Positions 9,450 through 18,263 of a stretch of DNA of 64,000 nt are shown here, one piece after another. The stretch is from Pseudorhodoplanes sp. (GTDB taxonomy: Bacteria; Pseudomonadota; Alphaproteobacteria; Rhizobiales; Xanthobacteraceae). The position numbers and the translations under genes are program-made. The stretch's first letter is position 1, and each line of letters starts with the position of its first letter. The stretch is from assembly GCF_050250235.1 (NCBI RefSeq), contig NZ_JBFWPA010000006.1, positions 4,464-68,463 on the forward strand, in the 5' to 3' direction. The notes beneath the pieces are model-generated. The model was given only the letters and a program-made list of their open reading frames with translations, ran no database searches and was not told the origin of the DNA.

Positions 9450-10225
9450 TGCTCGACCTCCCTGATGACGTCGAACAGTTCGCGCCTCAGCTTGAGAAAG
9501 TCCGGACGCTCCCGCGTCGTGAGCTGATCGCGCGGCCGCGGCAAATCGACTGCGAAGGACACCTCGAAGCGACCCGGATTTGGCCGCATCGCGATCACCC
9601 GGTCGCCGAGATAGATCGCCTCTTCCAGATCATGCGTGATGAAAAGCACCGTCGCGCCGGTGCGCGCCACGATCGCGAGCACCTCATCCTGCAGCGCCTG
9701 ACGAGTCATGGCATCGAGCGCACCGAATGGTTCGTCCATCAGGAGAACCTTGGGATCCTGCGCAAGACAGCGAGCGATCTGCAAACGCTGCTGCATGCCG
9801 CCGGAGAGCTGGTTTGGAAATTTCTCCGCATGAGCCGACAGCCCGATCAGATCGAGCAATTCGGCGATCCGGGTTTCCCGCATATCTCTCGTGTAGTTGA
9901 TCGCTTCGAGCGCAAGCGAGATATTGCCCGCTGCGGTGCGCCACGGCAGCAGCGCCTTGCCATAATCCTGGAAGACGATCGCTATGTCCTGACGCGGTCC
10001 GGTAACCGGCTTGCCGGCATAGCTCACACGACCCGCGCTCGGCATCAGCAAACCGGCGGCAAGATTGAGCAGCGAGGTCTTCCCGCAGCCGGACGGTCCG
10101 ACCACCGAAAGAAACTCACCCTCGCGCACGGCGACATCGATGCCGGTCAGAATCAGCCTGCCGCCGAGCGACAGGTCGACGTTTTCGAACGCGATCAGCG
10201 CGTCGGCAGGCTGCGCGTCCTGCAC
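9446..10225 (-). CDS. ABC transporter ATP-binding protein (TauB/SsuB family)
   Basis: GPSGCGKT, VFQD..LLPW, LSGGMQQR, LMDEPFGALD, ITHD. GTG start at 10225 chosen from a GAGGA RBS. Confidence 0.9.
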   Translation of the reverse strand: MQDAQPADALIAFENVDLSLGGRLILTGIDVAVREGEFLSVVGPSGCGKTSLLNLAAGLLMPSAGRVSYAGKPVTGPRQDIAIVFQDYGKALLPWRTAAGNISLALEAINYTRDMRETRIAELLDLIGLSAHAEKFPNQLSGGMQQRLQIARCLAQDPKVLLMDEPFGALDAMTRQALQDEVLAIVARTGATVLFITHDLEEAIYLGDRVIAMRPNPGRFEVSFAVDLPRPRDQLTTRERPDFLKLRRELFDVIREVEH

Positions 10226-10232
10226 GAAATCC

Positions 10233-11285
10233 TCACGATGGGTTGCAAGAGGCGCCGGCATAGGTCTCCAGAATCCGCTGGACAAGATCGGGCTTGCGGG
10301 AGCGTGCAATGCCGCATTCGGTAGCGATACCGAATTTCGGGACAAATTCACGCGCTATCTCGATCCGTGCAATCACGCCATCGACGCCCGCGGAAACGTG
10401 CACGACGCCGAGATAGATTTCCGTCCGCGGGTCGACCTTCAGCTTCGCGAACGGGGCGAAATAATCCCGATCGGTCCGGTCCACCGGCACGGGAAAGTGC
10501 ATGTAATTGATGAGACGATCGACCGCCTTTGCCATGTCGTTTGCGACATCGACCATGCGGCTTGCGTCTTTCGGTTCGATGAAATGCTTGGCGCCGAAAT
10601 CGCCATAGCAGAAATGGATGCCGAGTTCGACATCCGCCGGTACCGGCGCGCAGATGCGCTGCATGCGCGCCATGATTTCGGGCTGCGATGCGCCGGCGGC
10701 CGGGAACCAGTCCTGCGGCTGACCGTCGAGGGCAATCATCTCGTGGCAGAAATCCCACTGAATGCAGAGATGCTCGTGCGGGATCGCATCGCACAGCCGC
10801 CTCACCTCCTCGATCATGGCCTTCTCGTAGGCGGCCTCGACCGCAAGCACATCCCGCGGCGCGGCGAAGGCATAAACGATACCGAATGGCGTCGGCATGC
10901 AGACCTGCAGACGGACATGTTCCGGGAAATCGCCGCGTTTCTTCGCGGCCTGCAGATCGAGATAGGAAGCGCGCGCCTCCCGCGCATAGCCCAGTTCACC
11001 GAAGGTAATCTCCTTCGGATCGACGCCCTCGGCGAGTGCGAGCAGCGGAAATTTCGATGTCGCACGCACCGCACCCGACGGGTCGGGGCGCAGGAACGGG
11101 CTTGAACGCAAGAGCGGATACTGAAAGCTCGCCCACAGCCGCCGCGGTCCGACCTCGCCATCGGGCACGCGCTTGAGCCGCTGACCGATCGCTTTTCCGA
11201 CCGTGCGGAAAATCTCGTCGACCGAGTCGAGACCGATGCTGCCGACCAGATAGGCATTGTCGGGACGATAGACAGTTGAGACCAT
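10233..11285 (-). CDS. Single-barrel MetE/UROD-like Zn-dependent enzyme (cobalamin-independent methionine synthase II superfamily, divergent)
   Basis: LVGS, PDGE, CIQWD, GIHFCYGD (HxC), YLGVV, IATECG: the MetE catalytic-domain pattern. GAGGAG RBS. Confidence 0.68.
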   Translation of the reverse strand: MVSTVYRPDNAYLVGSIGLDSVDEIFRTVGKAIGQRLKRVPDGEVGPRRLWASFQYPLLRSSPFLRPDPSGAVRATSKFPLLALAEGVDPKEITFGELGYAREARASYLDLQAAKKRGDFPEHVRLQVCMPTPFGIVYAFAAPRDVLAVEAAYEKAMIEEVRRLCDAIPHEHLCIQWDFCHEMIALDGQPQDWFPAAGASQPEIMARMQRICAPVPADVELGIHFCYGDFGAKHFIEPKDASRMVDVANDMAKAVDRLINYMHFPVPVDRTDRDYFAPFAKLKVDPRTEIYLGVVHVSAGVDGVIARIEIAREFVPKFGIATECGIARSRKPDLVQRILETYAGASCNPS

Positions 11286-11308
11286 GGACGGCTCCTCAAA
11301 ACCAGTTT

Positions 11309-12118
11309 CTAGTTCGGCAGGCGACACCCGGAAAAATACGCCACATCGAAGGATGGACGGGCCTTGCAGCGCGCGTACCAATTCGCAACGTTCGGCAAGT
11401 CGTGCCACAATCCATCGATCTTCAGATCTTCCATGCGCACGACGGTCGGCAGCAGCAGAATGTCCGCCATACTGAACGCGCCGATGAGATACGGCGACCC
11501 GTCAAGCGCACGTTCGGCGCGCTCCAGCGTCGAACGCAAGCTGTCAAGCGACGCCTCGACCATCGCCGCGCGAAATCCGTCCGGACCCATCTCGCGATAG
11601 AAGTGTTTTCGCAACGGCATCTTGCCGGTGCGCTCGGCGAAAGCGTCGCCGCCGGGCCGCGCATCCGAAAAAAGGCGACCATTCGACAGCAGTTTGTTGA
11701 GCGATGGAGCGCGAATCGCAACGGTTGGAACTTCTTCCAGGTAGCGCATCCACGCGCGCATCCGCGCACGTTCGATTGACGACGCAGGGCCAAGCGGCGG
11801 ATTCGGAAATACGTCATCGAGATATTCACAGATCACCGATGAATCGACAACGACATGGCCATCGTGAACCAGTGTCGGGACGACGCCATTCGGATTCACC
11901 GCGAGATAGGCTTCGCTGGTTTGCTCCCCCGCGAGCAGGTCAACGATGCGGCTTTCGTAACCGAGTTTCTTTTCGGCAAGCGCCAGACGCACCTTCTGCG
12001 AGCAGGTCGAAATCGGAAAATGGTAGAGAATGATATCACGGTCGGGCCGGTCGAGCTGTTCGCTCCGCGAACCGTCCTGTGGACCGGTTCGCGGAGCTTG
12101 GGTGTCTTGCTTGCTCAT
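11309..12118 (-). CDS. Glutathione S-transferase family protein (long C-terminal domain)
   Basis: LYHFPISTCSQKVRLALAEK, NPNGVVPTL, DSSVICEYLD, YLIGAFSMADI, PNVANWY..RPSF. Confidence 0.9.
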   Translation of the reverse strand: MSKQDTQAPRTGPQDGSRSEQLDRPDRDIILYHFPISTCSQKVRLALAEKKLGYESRIVDLLAGEQTSEAYLAVNPNGVVPTLVHDGHVVVDSSVICEYLDDVFPNPPLGPASSIERARMRAWMRYLEEVPTVAIRAPSLNKLLSNGRLFSDARPGGDAFAERTGKMPLRKHFYREMGPDGFRAAMVEASLDSLRSTLERAERALDGSPYLIGAFSMADILLLPTVVRMEDLKIDGLWHDLPNVANWYARCKARPSFDVAYFSGCRLPN

Positions 12119-12224
12119 CTGAGTCCCTTCCCCGCTTGTCAACCGGGCGCAAGGTCCCGTGGCGATGGCCGGACATCCTGAATGACGCCCGGCACCTGAC
12201 GCAGCGCAATTGCCCGGCAACAAG

Positions 12225-13154
12225 TCACGGGACGATGATATTCTTGACGCTGAGATCGCCCCGCAGCATTCCCTGCGACTTCATTATCTTCACCCATGAC
12301 GCGAGATTGTTCTCGGTGAGCTTGGTATTAAATTTCGGAATGCTGACCGCAGCGACGGCGGGTGGAGGCAGCTTCAGAAACTTCGCAACAGTGGCGCGCG
12401 CTTCGTCGGGATGGGCATGCGCATAGGCCGCTCCCTCCTCGAAGGCCGCACGATAGGCCTTGATCACATCCTGATTCTTGTCGGCCCAGGCCTTTTTGCT
12501 CGCAAATACCGTAATGCTCATCCCCTCCGGCATGTCTCGGATGAAGTTCGACAGGAGTTCGCCGGTCTTGCTTCCGATGATGCGCGCCATGAAGGGCTGG
12601 ATTGCGATCACGGCATCGACGGATCCCGCTTTCAGGATGCCCTCCATCTGGGGGAATACCGTCTCGACGAACTCGACCTTCTTCCAGTCGACGCCCTTCA
12701 TCGTGAGCCATTCACGGAACATCACATGCAGGAAGGCGTTCAGGCCGGGCACACCGACTTTCTTGCCGACAAAGTCGGCGGGAGCCTTGATGCCGGAATC
12801 CGGCCGCACGACGATTCCAAAATTGCTGTCGGTCTTGATCGTCTCGCTGTATCCGGCCACCGCCACGATATCGAGCCCCCCATTCACCGCCTGCAGCAGG
12901 ACCGATGCCGTCGGCATGGCGATGTCAACTTCGCCGCTTTCAAGTGCGGCCGGGTTCTGCGAATTGATCGGGATCGGCTTCAACACCACTTCCAGTCCGT
13001 GCTTGGCAAAGAAGCCCTTTTCCTGCGCGAGCAGGACAGGCGCGAGGTCGAATACCTGCTGATGGCCGAAGGTGATTTTCTTTTGTGCATGGACAGGTCC
13101 GGCGGCGAAAGACGCCAGCAATCCGGCCATGGCGAGTACGGCATATCTCTTCAT
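12225..13154 (-). CDS. ABC substrate-binding protein (SsuA/NMT1/THI5-like)
   Basis: Signal peptide ending in AQ, AQEKGFFAKHGLEV, GKKVGVPG, GSVDA. Confidence 0.88.
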   Translation of the reverse strand: MKRYAVLAMAGLLASFAAGPVHAQKKITFGHQQVFDLAPVLLAQEKGFFAKHGLEVVLKPIPINSQNPAALESGEVDIAMPTASVLLQAVNGGLDIVAVAGYSETIKTDSNFGIVVRPDSGIKAPADFVGKKVGVPGLNAFLHVMFREWLTMKGVDWKKVEFVETVFPQMEGILKAGSVDAVIAIQPFMARIIGSKTGELLSNFIRDMPEGMSITVFASKKAWADKNQDVIKAYRAAFEEGAAYAHAHPDEARATVAKFLKLPPPAVAAVSIPKFNTKLTENNLASWVKIMKSQGMLRGDLSVKNIIVP

Positions 13155-13225
13155 GCGATCCTCCTGTTTGGTGTTGGTGCGGGTTTGCTTCCCGCATCCG
13201 GCTTGTCGTTCCTAAGTCCGTTACC

Positions 13226-13882
13226 TCATGCGACCACCTGACCGCGATCCGCATCGCGGGCGCAAGACGTCGCCAGCGCCTCAAAGGCGCCGGCCAGAAA
13301 GGGAAGTGCAAAATCGTAGGCGCGTTCCAGATCGCGGCTGGAATAGGCGCGCCGCGAAATCACGCCGAGCAGGTCGTTGGCGGCAAAGATGCCGAACATC
13401 ACCGAGACCATGTGCACATAGCCGCGCGCCACTGCCTCTTTCGATAGACGTGGTTCGGCGCTCTCCAGCGCTCCCAGGATCAGGTCCTGGGTCTCCTTGA
13501 AATGCCGTGTGATCAGCCGCGTCCAGCGCTGCTGCTGACCGGTCTGCGCGAGAAGGCGGCCGTAAGCGCGCCAGCCCGGCCCGCCTTGCAGCATCAATTC
13601 AAGATAGGGCCGCAGGAACACATCGATGACCTGCCGGACGTCGGGACGCCCCGTCAGACCTGCAAAAGCCGTGCGCCGCCGCGCGTTCAGTTCATCCGAC
13701 CGACGCGCGATGATGGCCTCGAACAGCTTTTCCTTGCTTTCGAAATGGTAGTTGATCAACCCGAGCGGCACCCGCGCCTTCGCAGCGACGTCGCGCATGC
13801 TCACAATATCGAAGCTTGCAGCCGCGAACAGATTTTCCGCCGCGTCGAGTATGGCTGTGCTGGTGTTCACGCTGTTTCGCAA
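13226..13882 (-). CDS. TetR-family transcriptional regulator
   Basis: ILDAAENLFA..SMRDVAAKARVPLGLINYHFESKEKLF helix-turn-helix. Confidence 0.9.
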   Translation of the reverse strand: MRNSVNTSTAILDAAENLFAAASFDIVSMRDVAAKARVPLGLINYHFESKEKLFEAIIARRSDELNARRRTAFAGLTGRPDVRQVIDVFLRPYLELMLQGGPGWRAYGRLLAQTGQQQRWTRLITRHFKETQDLILGALESAEPRLSKEAVARGYVHMVSVMFGIFAANDLLGVISRRAYSSRDLERAYDFALPFLAGAFEALATSCARDADRGQVVA

Positions 13883-13903
13883 GATGCTGATCCTGTCGAC
13901 CCG

Positions 13904-13932
13904 TTGACAAACGATTTGTACAGTTGTTCAAC
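13904..13932 (+). promoter_or_regulatory. Putative sigma70 -35 element overlapped by a palindromic TetR operator
   Basis: TTGACA at 13904-13909 and ACAAA-CGA-TTTGT at 13907-13919, between divergent TetR and hydantoinase A genes. The -10 element is weak. Confidence 0.5.
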
Positions 13933-14040
13933 TCGAATGCAAGAGTGATCATGGTCGCAGATGCGGTTTGCAGCCGGGCCGTGATCGCAAGACCAAAACA
14001 GTTCGGCACCGCAGCAAAAATGCGGGTTAGGGAGCAGACA

Positions 14041-16131
14041 TTGGGTTTCTTCATCGGAACGGACGTTGGAGGCACCTTCACCGATCTTTGGATATCGGCC
14101 GACGACGGCGAGACCCGGGTGTTCAAATCGCCGACGACGAACGACATTCTGGGTGGCGTCATCGACGCGATCGGGCTTGCCGCCGAGGCATATGGACTGA
14201 GCTTCGAGCAATTCTGCGCGAAGATCGAACGGTTCGGCCACGGCACCACCGTCGGGCTGAATGCGCTTCTCACCGGAAATGCAGCCCGAACGGCGATCGT
14301 GACCACACGGGGCTTCGGCGACACGCTGGTGATCGGCCGCCTCAAGCGCCAGACCTCCGGCATGAACGAGTTGGAGCGCACCGACGCCTATCTGCGCAAC
14401 CGCGTACCGCCGCTGGTCCCTCGCGATCTCGTATTCGAGATCGACGAACGCATCGATGTGAAAGGCAATGTGATCAAGCCACTCGACGAGGCGCAGGCGC
14501 GCACCGAGATCCGCAAGCTGAAGGATCGTGGCATCGAGGCGGTCGCGATCTGCACATTGTGGGCAACCCACAATCCGGTGCATGAGAAGCGGCTGCGCGA
14601 GATGGTCGTCGAGGAATTGCCAGGCGTGTTCATCAGCGTGTCGCACGAGATTTCGCCCGGCGTGGGCGAATATGCGCGCATGTCGACAACGGCCGGCAAT
14701 GCCGCACTTGGTCCCCTTGCCGGACGCTATCTGTCGAGTCTGGAAGCGAAATTGCACGACGCCGGCATGAAGGTGCCCGTGCTGATGATGACCTGTGCCG
14801 GCGGCGTGCTGCCAACTGCGGTGCTGAACGACCGCCCGGCCTTCGCGCTGTTTTCCGGTCCGGCCGGCGGCGTGATGGGCTCGCGCGCGACCGGCGCACA
14901 GGCCGGCTTCGACAATATCGTCACCATGGATATCGGCGGTACCAGCTTCGATGTCGGCGTGATCGTGTCGGGCAAACCGATCATGCGCTCGGAAATCTCG
15001 GTCGCCGGCGCCGACATCCGCGTGCATTCGATCGATGTGGAATCGATCGGCGCCGGCGGCGGCTCGATCGCCTATGTCGAGTTCGGCGAGTTGCGGGTCG
15101 GGCCGCGCAGCGCCGGCGCAAATCCCGGCCCCGCTTGTTATGGCCGCGGCGGCACGCGGCCGACCGCGACGGACGCCGATCTCGTGCTCGGCGTCCTCGA
15201 TCCGGACAATTTCATCGGCGGCCGCATGACGCTCGATGTCGATGCCGCGAGGCGCGCCATCGAGGAGCATGTCGCAAAGCCGCTCGGCATAAGCGTGACG
15301 GAAGCGGCGTGGGCGATCCGCCAGATACTCGACAGCCGCATGGCCGATCTCCTGCGCCGCATGACCATCGAGCGCGGCTACGATCCGCGCGACTTCACCT
15401 TGCTCGCCAATGGCGGCGCGGGACCCTCGCACGCGTGGGTTCTGGGCGAGGAACTCGGGCTCGAGGGCTTTATCGTCCCGGCTGCGGCGACCGCCGAATC
15501 GGCCTATGGCACAGGCAATTCCGATCTCGGCTTCACCGCCGAGCGTCCGTCCTACGCGCGCATTTCGCCGGGAGCCGTGCCGGTCGACGCGCAGCTTGCG
15601 CATGTGACCGCGGCACTGAATTCGGCCGTCGACGAGGTGAGGACCAATCTCGCGCTGGCAGGACCGAAAGGCGACATCGGCATCGAGACCTTCATCGCGA
15701 TCAAGTTCCGCGGGCAAACGAATCATCTCGACATACCGTTCACCGGTGAGAGGTTCACCATGGAAACCTTCTATGGCGTCACCGCCACCTTCGAGAAGCA
15801 ATACGAGGCGCTGTTCGGCCGCGGCGCCGCGTTCTCGAATGCCGGCTACGAGTTGATCTCCGTGCGCGCGATGGGCACCGGGTCCCTGCCCCCGCCCGCG
15901 CTCGCCACCAAAGGCGAACGCTTCGAGCCGCGCGGCACGCGCCCTGTCGTCTTCCGTGACGCCAAGCAAGCGGTCGATACCGCGATCTATCGCACCTCGT
16001 TCCCGAACGAGGGAGAGAGCGCCGAAGGACCCGCCATCATCGAATTTCCCGGCCAGAGCGTGGTGGTGCCGCCCGGCGCCACCGCCCGGGCCGACCGCTT
16101 CGGCAACATCCATGTGAGGCTCGCATCATGA
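14041..16131 (+). CDS. ATP-dependent hydantoinase/5-oxoprolinase subunit A (HyuA/AcxA family)
   Basis: IGTDVGGTFTD, HGTTVGLNALL, SGPAGG, DIGGTSFD, IGAGGGS, SAGANPGPACYG. TTG start after GGGAG. Confidence 0.92.
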   Translation: MGFFIGTDVGGTFTDLWISADDGETRVFKSPTTNDILGGVIDAIGLAAEAYGLSFEQFCAKIERFGHGTTVGLNALLTGNAARTAIVTTRGFGDTLVIGRLKRQTSGMNELERTDAYLRNRVPPLVPRDLVFEIDERIDVKGNVIKPLDEAQARTEIRKLKDRGIEAVAICTLWATHNPVHEKRLREMVVEELPGVFISVSHEISPGVGEYARMSTTAGNAALGPLAGRYLSSLEAKLHDAGMKVPVLMMTCAGGVLPTAVLNDRPAFALFSGPAGGVMGSRATGAQAGFDNIVTMDIGGTSFDVGVIVSGKPIMRSEISVAGADIRVHSIDVESIGAGGGSIAYVEFGELRVGPRSAGANPGPACYGRGGTRPTATDADLVLGVLDPDNFIGGRMTLDVDAARRAIEEHVAKPLGISVTEAAWAIRQILDSRMADLLRRMTIERGYDPRDFTLLANGGAGPSHAWVLGEELGLEGFIVPAAATAESAYGTGNSDLGFTAERPSYARISPGAVPVDAQLAHVTAALNSAVDEVRTNLALAGPKGDIGIETFIAIKFRGQTNHLDIPFTGERFTMETFYGVTATFEKQYEALFGRGAAFSNAGYELISVRAMGTGSLPPPALATKGERFEPRGTRPVVFRDAKQAVDTAIYRTSFPNEGESAEGPAIIEFPGQSVVVPPGATARADRFGNIHVRLAS

Positions 16132-18263
16132 GCGAGATGAACGCCGTCACCTTCGAGGTGATCCGCAACCGGCTGGTCGCAATTTCCGACGAAATGCGGA
16201 TCGCGCTGCAGGCTGTCTCGGGCTCGCCGACCGTGACTGAAGCATCCGATTTCTTCACCGGCATCTTCCTTCCCGACGGCGCCGTAGTATCGATGGGCTT
16301 CCAGGTCTCCTTCCAGGCGCCGGTTTGCGGCCAGGTGATCCGCCACATCATTGGCAGACCGCGGCTCAAGGTGGCAGACGGCGACATCTTCATCGGCAAC
16401 GACCCCTATATCGGTGCGCTGCACCAGAACGACGTGCAGATGATCGGCCCGATCTATGCCGGCGACGAGATCATCGCCTGGGCCGGCGTCGAGGCGCACG
16501 AGACCGATGTCGGCGGCATGGATTTCGCGAGCTGGTGTCCGAAGGCCAAAGAAGTCTGGCAGGAGGGCATCCGCATTCCCTGCGTGAAGCTCGTCGACCG
16601 GGGCGAGATGCGCGAGGACGTGCTGGAGATGATCGTCACCGCGTCGCGCCTGCCCGATCAGCTCGGGCTCGACATCCGTGCCTTCATCGCGACCGTGAAT
16701 GTCGCGAACCGCCGCGTCAGCGAACTGGTCGAGCGCTACGGCGCGAAGACCGTAACCGAAGTGATGCGCCGGATGATCGCCTCGTCTGAATCGCGGCTGC
16801 GTGCCCGGTTGCGCGAATTGCCGGACGGCGTCGTGCATGCGGCCGACTTCATCGAGCATGACGGTCATCAGAACGTTCTCTACAAGATCGACTGCAAGGC
16901 GACCAAGAACGGCGACAGGCTGACGCTCGATTTTTCGGGCTCCAGCAAGCAGGCGCCGGGCTTCATCAACGCGACCCGCTCGGGGCTGGTCGGCGGCTGC
17001 GCCGGCGGCGTTCTCACCACGCTGGGCTTCGATATCCAGTGGAACCAGGGCCTGCTCGATCCGGTGGAAATCGTTGCGCCGGACGGGCTGATCTGCACCG
17101 CTCAGTTTCCGGCTCCCGTGGGTTCAGCCACGGTTGAAACCATCTGGTCGGTCAGCAATGCGGTGATGGCCGCGCTCAACAAGCTGCTCGCGACCTCGCC
17201 GAAATATCGCCATCGCGCGCAATGCATCAGCGATGGCTGCATGGCGACCTTCAATCTCGGCGGCGTCAATCAATACGGCGAGCCGTTCGGGCTGCATCTG
17301 ATGGATCCGCTGGCGGCGGGCTCCGGCGCCTTCGCCACGAAGGACGGCGTCGAGGCCGGCGGGCCGATCACTTCGCCGGTCTCCTGCATCGCCGATGTGG
17401 AGCGCAACGAGCAGGCGGTGCCGCTGTTCTACCTGCATCGGCGGCTGGTGTCGGATACCGGGGGCGCAGGCAAGCACAGAGGTGGATTGAGCGCGGAAGT
17501 GGCGCTGACGCTCGGCGGGATCGAGAAGGCGATGGCGCTGGTGATGACGCATGGCGCGGAGTCGCCGAATACCGCGGGCCTTGCCGGCGGCTGGCCGGGA
17601 TCGACCGTGGTGCAGTCGATGGGCTGGGGCGCGATCGACGGCGGCCTGCCGAACGACAGCGGCAAATGGGAGCGCTTCGGACCGAAACCCGGCCTGATGC
17701 CGGTGACCAATCGCGACGTGTTTTCGGTGATCTGGCAGGGCGGCGGCGGCTGGGGCGATCCGCTGGAGCGCGAGGCCGAGGCAGTCGCACGCGACGTGAT
17801 CTCCGGGGCGGTTTCGGCAGACACGGCTCGGGAAATCTATGGCGTTGTCGTGAGCGACGGCATTGTCGATAACGGAGCGACCGAACGCCAGCGTGAATCC
17901 ATACGCAAAAGCCGCGTCGGTCATTTCGACACCGACCCCGCAAAGAAAAGCGCGGCCAAGCCGATCGCATCGCTGAGCGAAAATCTTTTCGTCGTTCAGG
18001 ACGAGCGCGGCGCCCATGTCACGAGCCGCGCGGGCTATATCCTGGCGACCGACAGCACCGCCTGGCGCGAGGGCGCAACGTCGGTCACCTTCGACACGCT
18101 GCCGGAGCGCTACCGCATCGACCTGCACGAAGACCTGTGCTGCACCGTGCATTATTGTCCGGCGAGCGGCGCACAGCTCGCCGTCGACTTCCATCGCAAG
18201 GGCGAAAAGCCGGTCGACGACCTGCTGCTCGACCTCGCCTCGTTGCCGAGGCTTGCGGCATGA
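16128..18263 (+). CDS. Hydantoinase/oxoprolinase subunit B with a C-terminal acetone-carboxylase-gamma-like extension
   Basis: NDPYIGALHQND, HETDVGG, QEGIRIP, GGAGKHRGG, GGGGWGDP, YGVV, then about 110 extra residues containing HYCPASG. Confidence 0.9.
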   Translation: MSEMNAVTFEVIRNRLVAISDEMRIALQAVSGSPTVTEASDFFTGIFLPDGAVVSMGFQVSFQAPVCGQVIRHIIGRPRLKVADGDIFIGNDPYIGALHQNDVQMIGPIYAGDEIIAWAGVEAHETDVGGMDFASWCPKAKEVWQEGIRIPCVKLVDRGEMREDVLEMIVTASRLPDQLGLDIRAFIATVNVANRRVSELVERYGAKTVTEVMRRMIASSESRLRARLRELPDGVVHAADFIEHDGHQNVLYKIDCKATKNGDRLTLDFSGSSKQAPGFINATRSGLVGGCAGGVLTTLGFDIQWNQGLLDPVEIVAPDGLICTAQFPAPVGSATVETIWSVSNAVMAALNKLLATSPKYRHRAQCISDGCMATFNLGGVNQYGEPFGLHLMDPLAAGSGAFATKDGVEAGGPITSPVSCIADVERNEQAVPLFYLHRRLVSDTGGAGKHRGGLSAEVALTLGGIEKAMALVMTHGAESPNTAGLAGGWPGSTVVQSMGWGAIDGGLPNDSGKWERFGPKPGLMPVTNRDVFSVIWQGGGGWGDPLEREAEAVARDVISGAVSADTAREIYGVVVSDGIVDNGATERQRESIRKSRVGHFDTDPAKKSAAKPIASLSENLFVVQDERGAHVTSRAGYILATDSTAWREGATSVTFDTLPERYRIDLHEDLCCTVHYCPASGAQLAVDFHRKGEKPVDDLLLDLASLPRLAA

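Noticed and set aside
10233-11285. True methionine synthase MetE
   Set aside because: It is half-length with no N-terminal folate-binding barrel and sits in a catabolic transporter operon.
14041-18263. Bona fide acetone carboxylase acxABC
   Set aside because: There is no separate gamma gene, the gamma-like Zn motif is degenerate, the regulator is TetR rather than a sigma54 activator, and the motifs look like generic hydantoinase.
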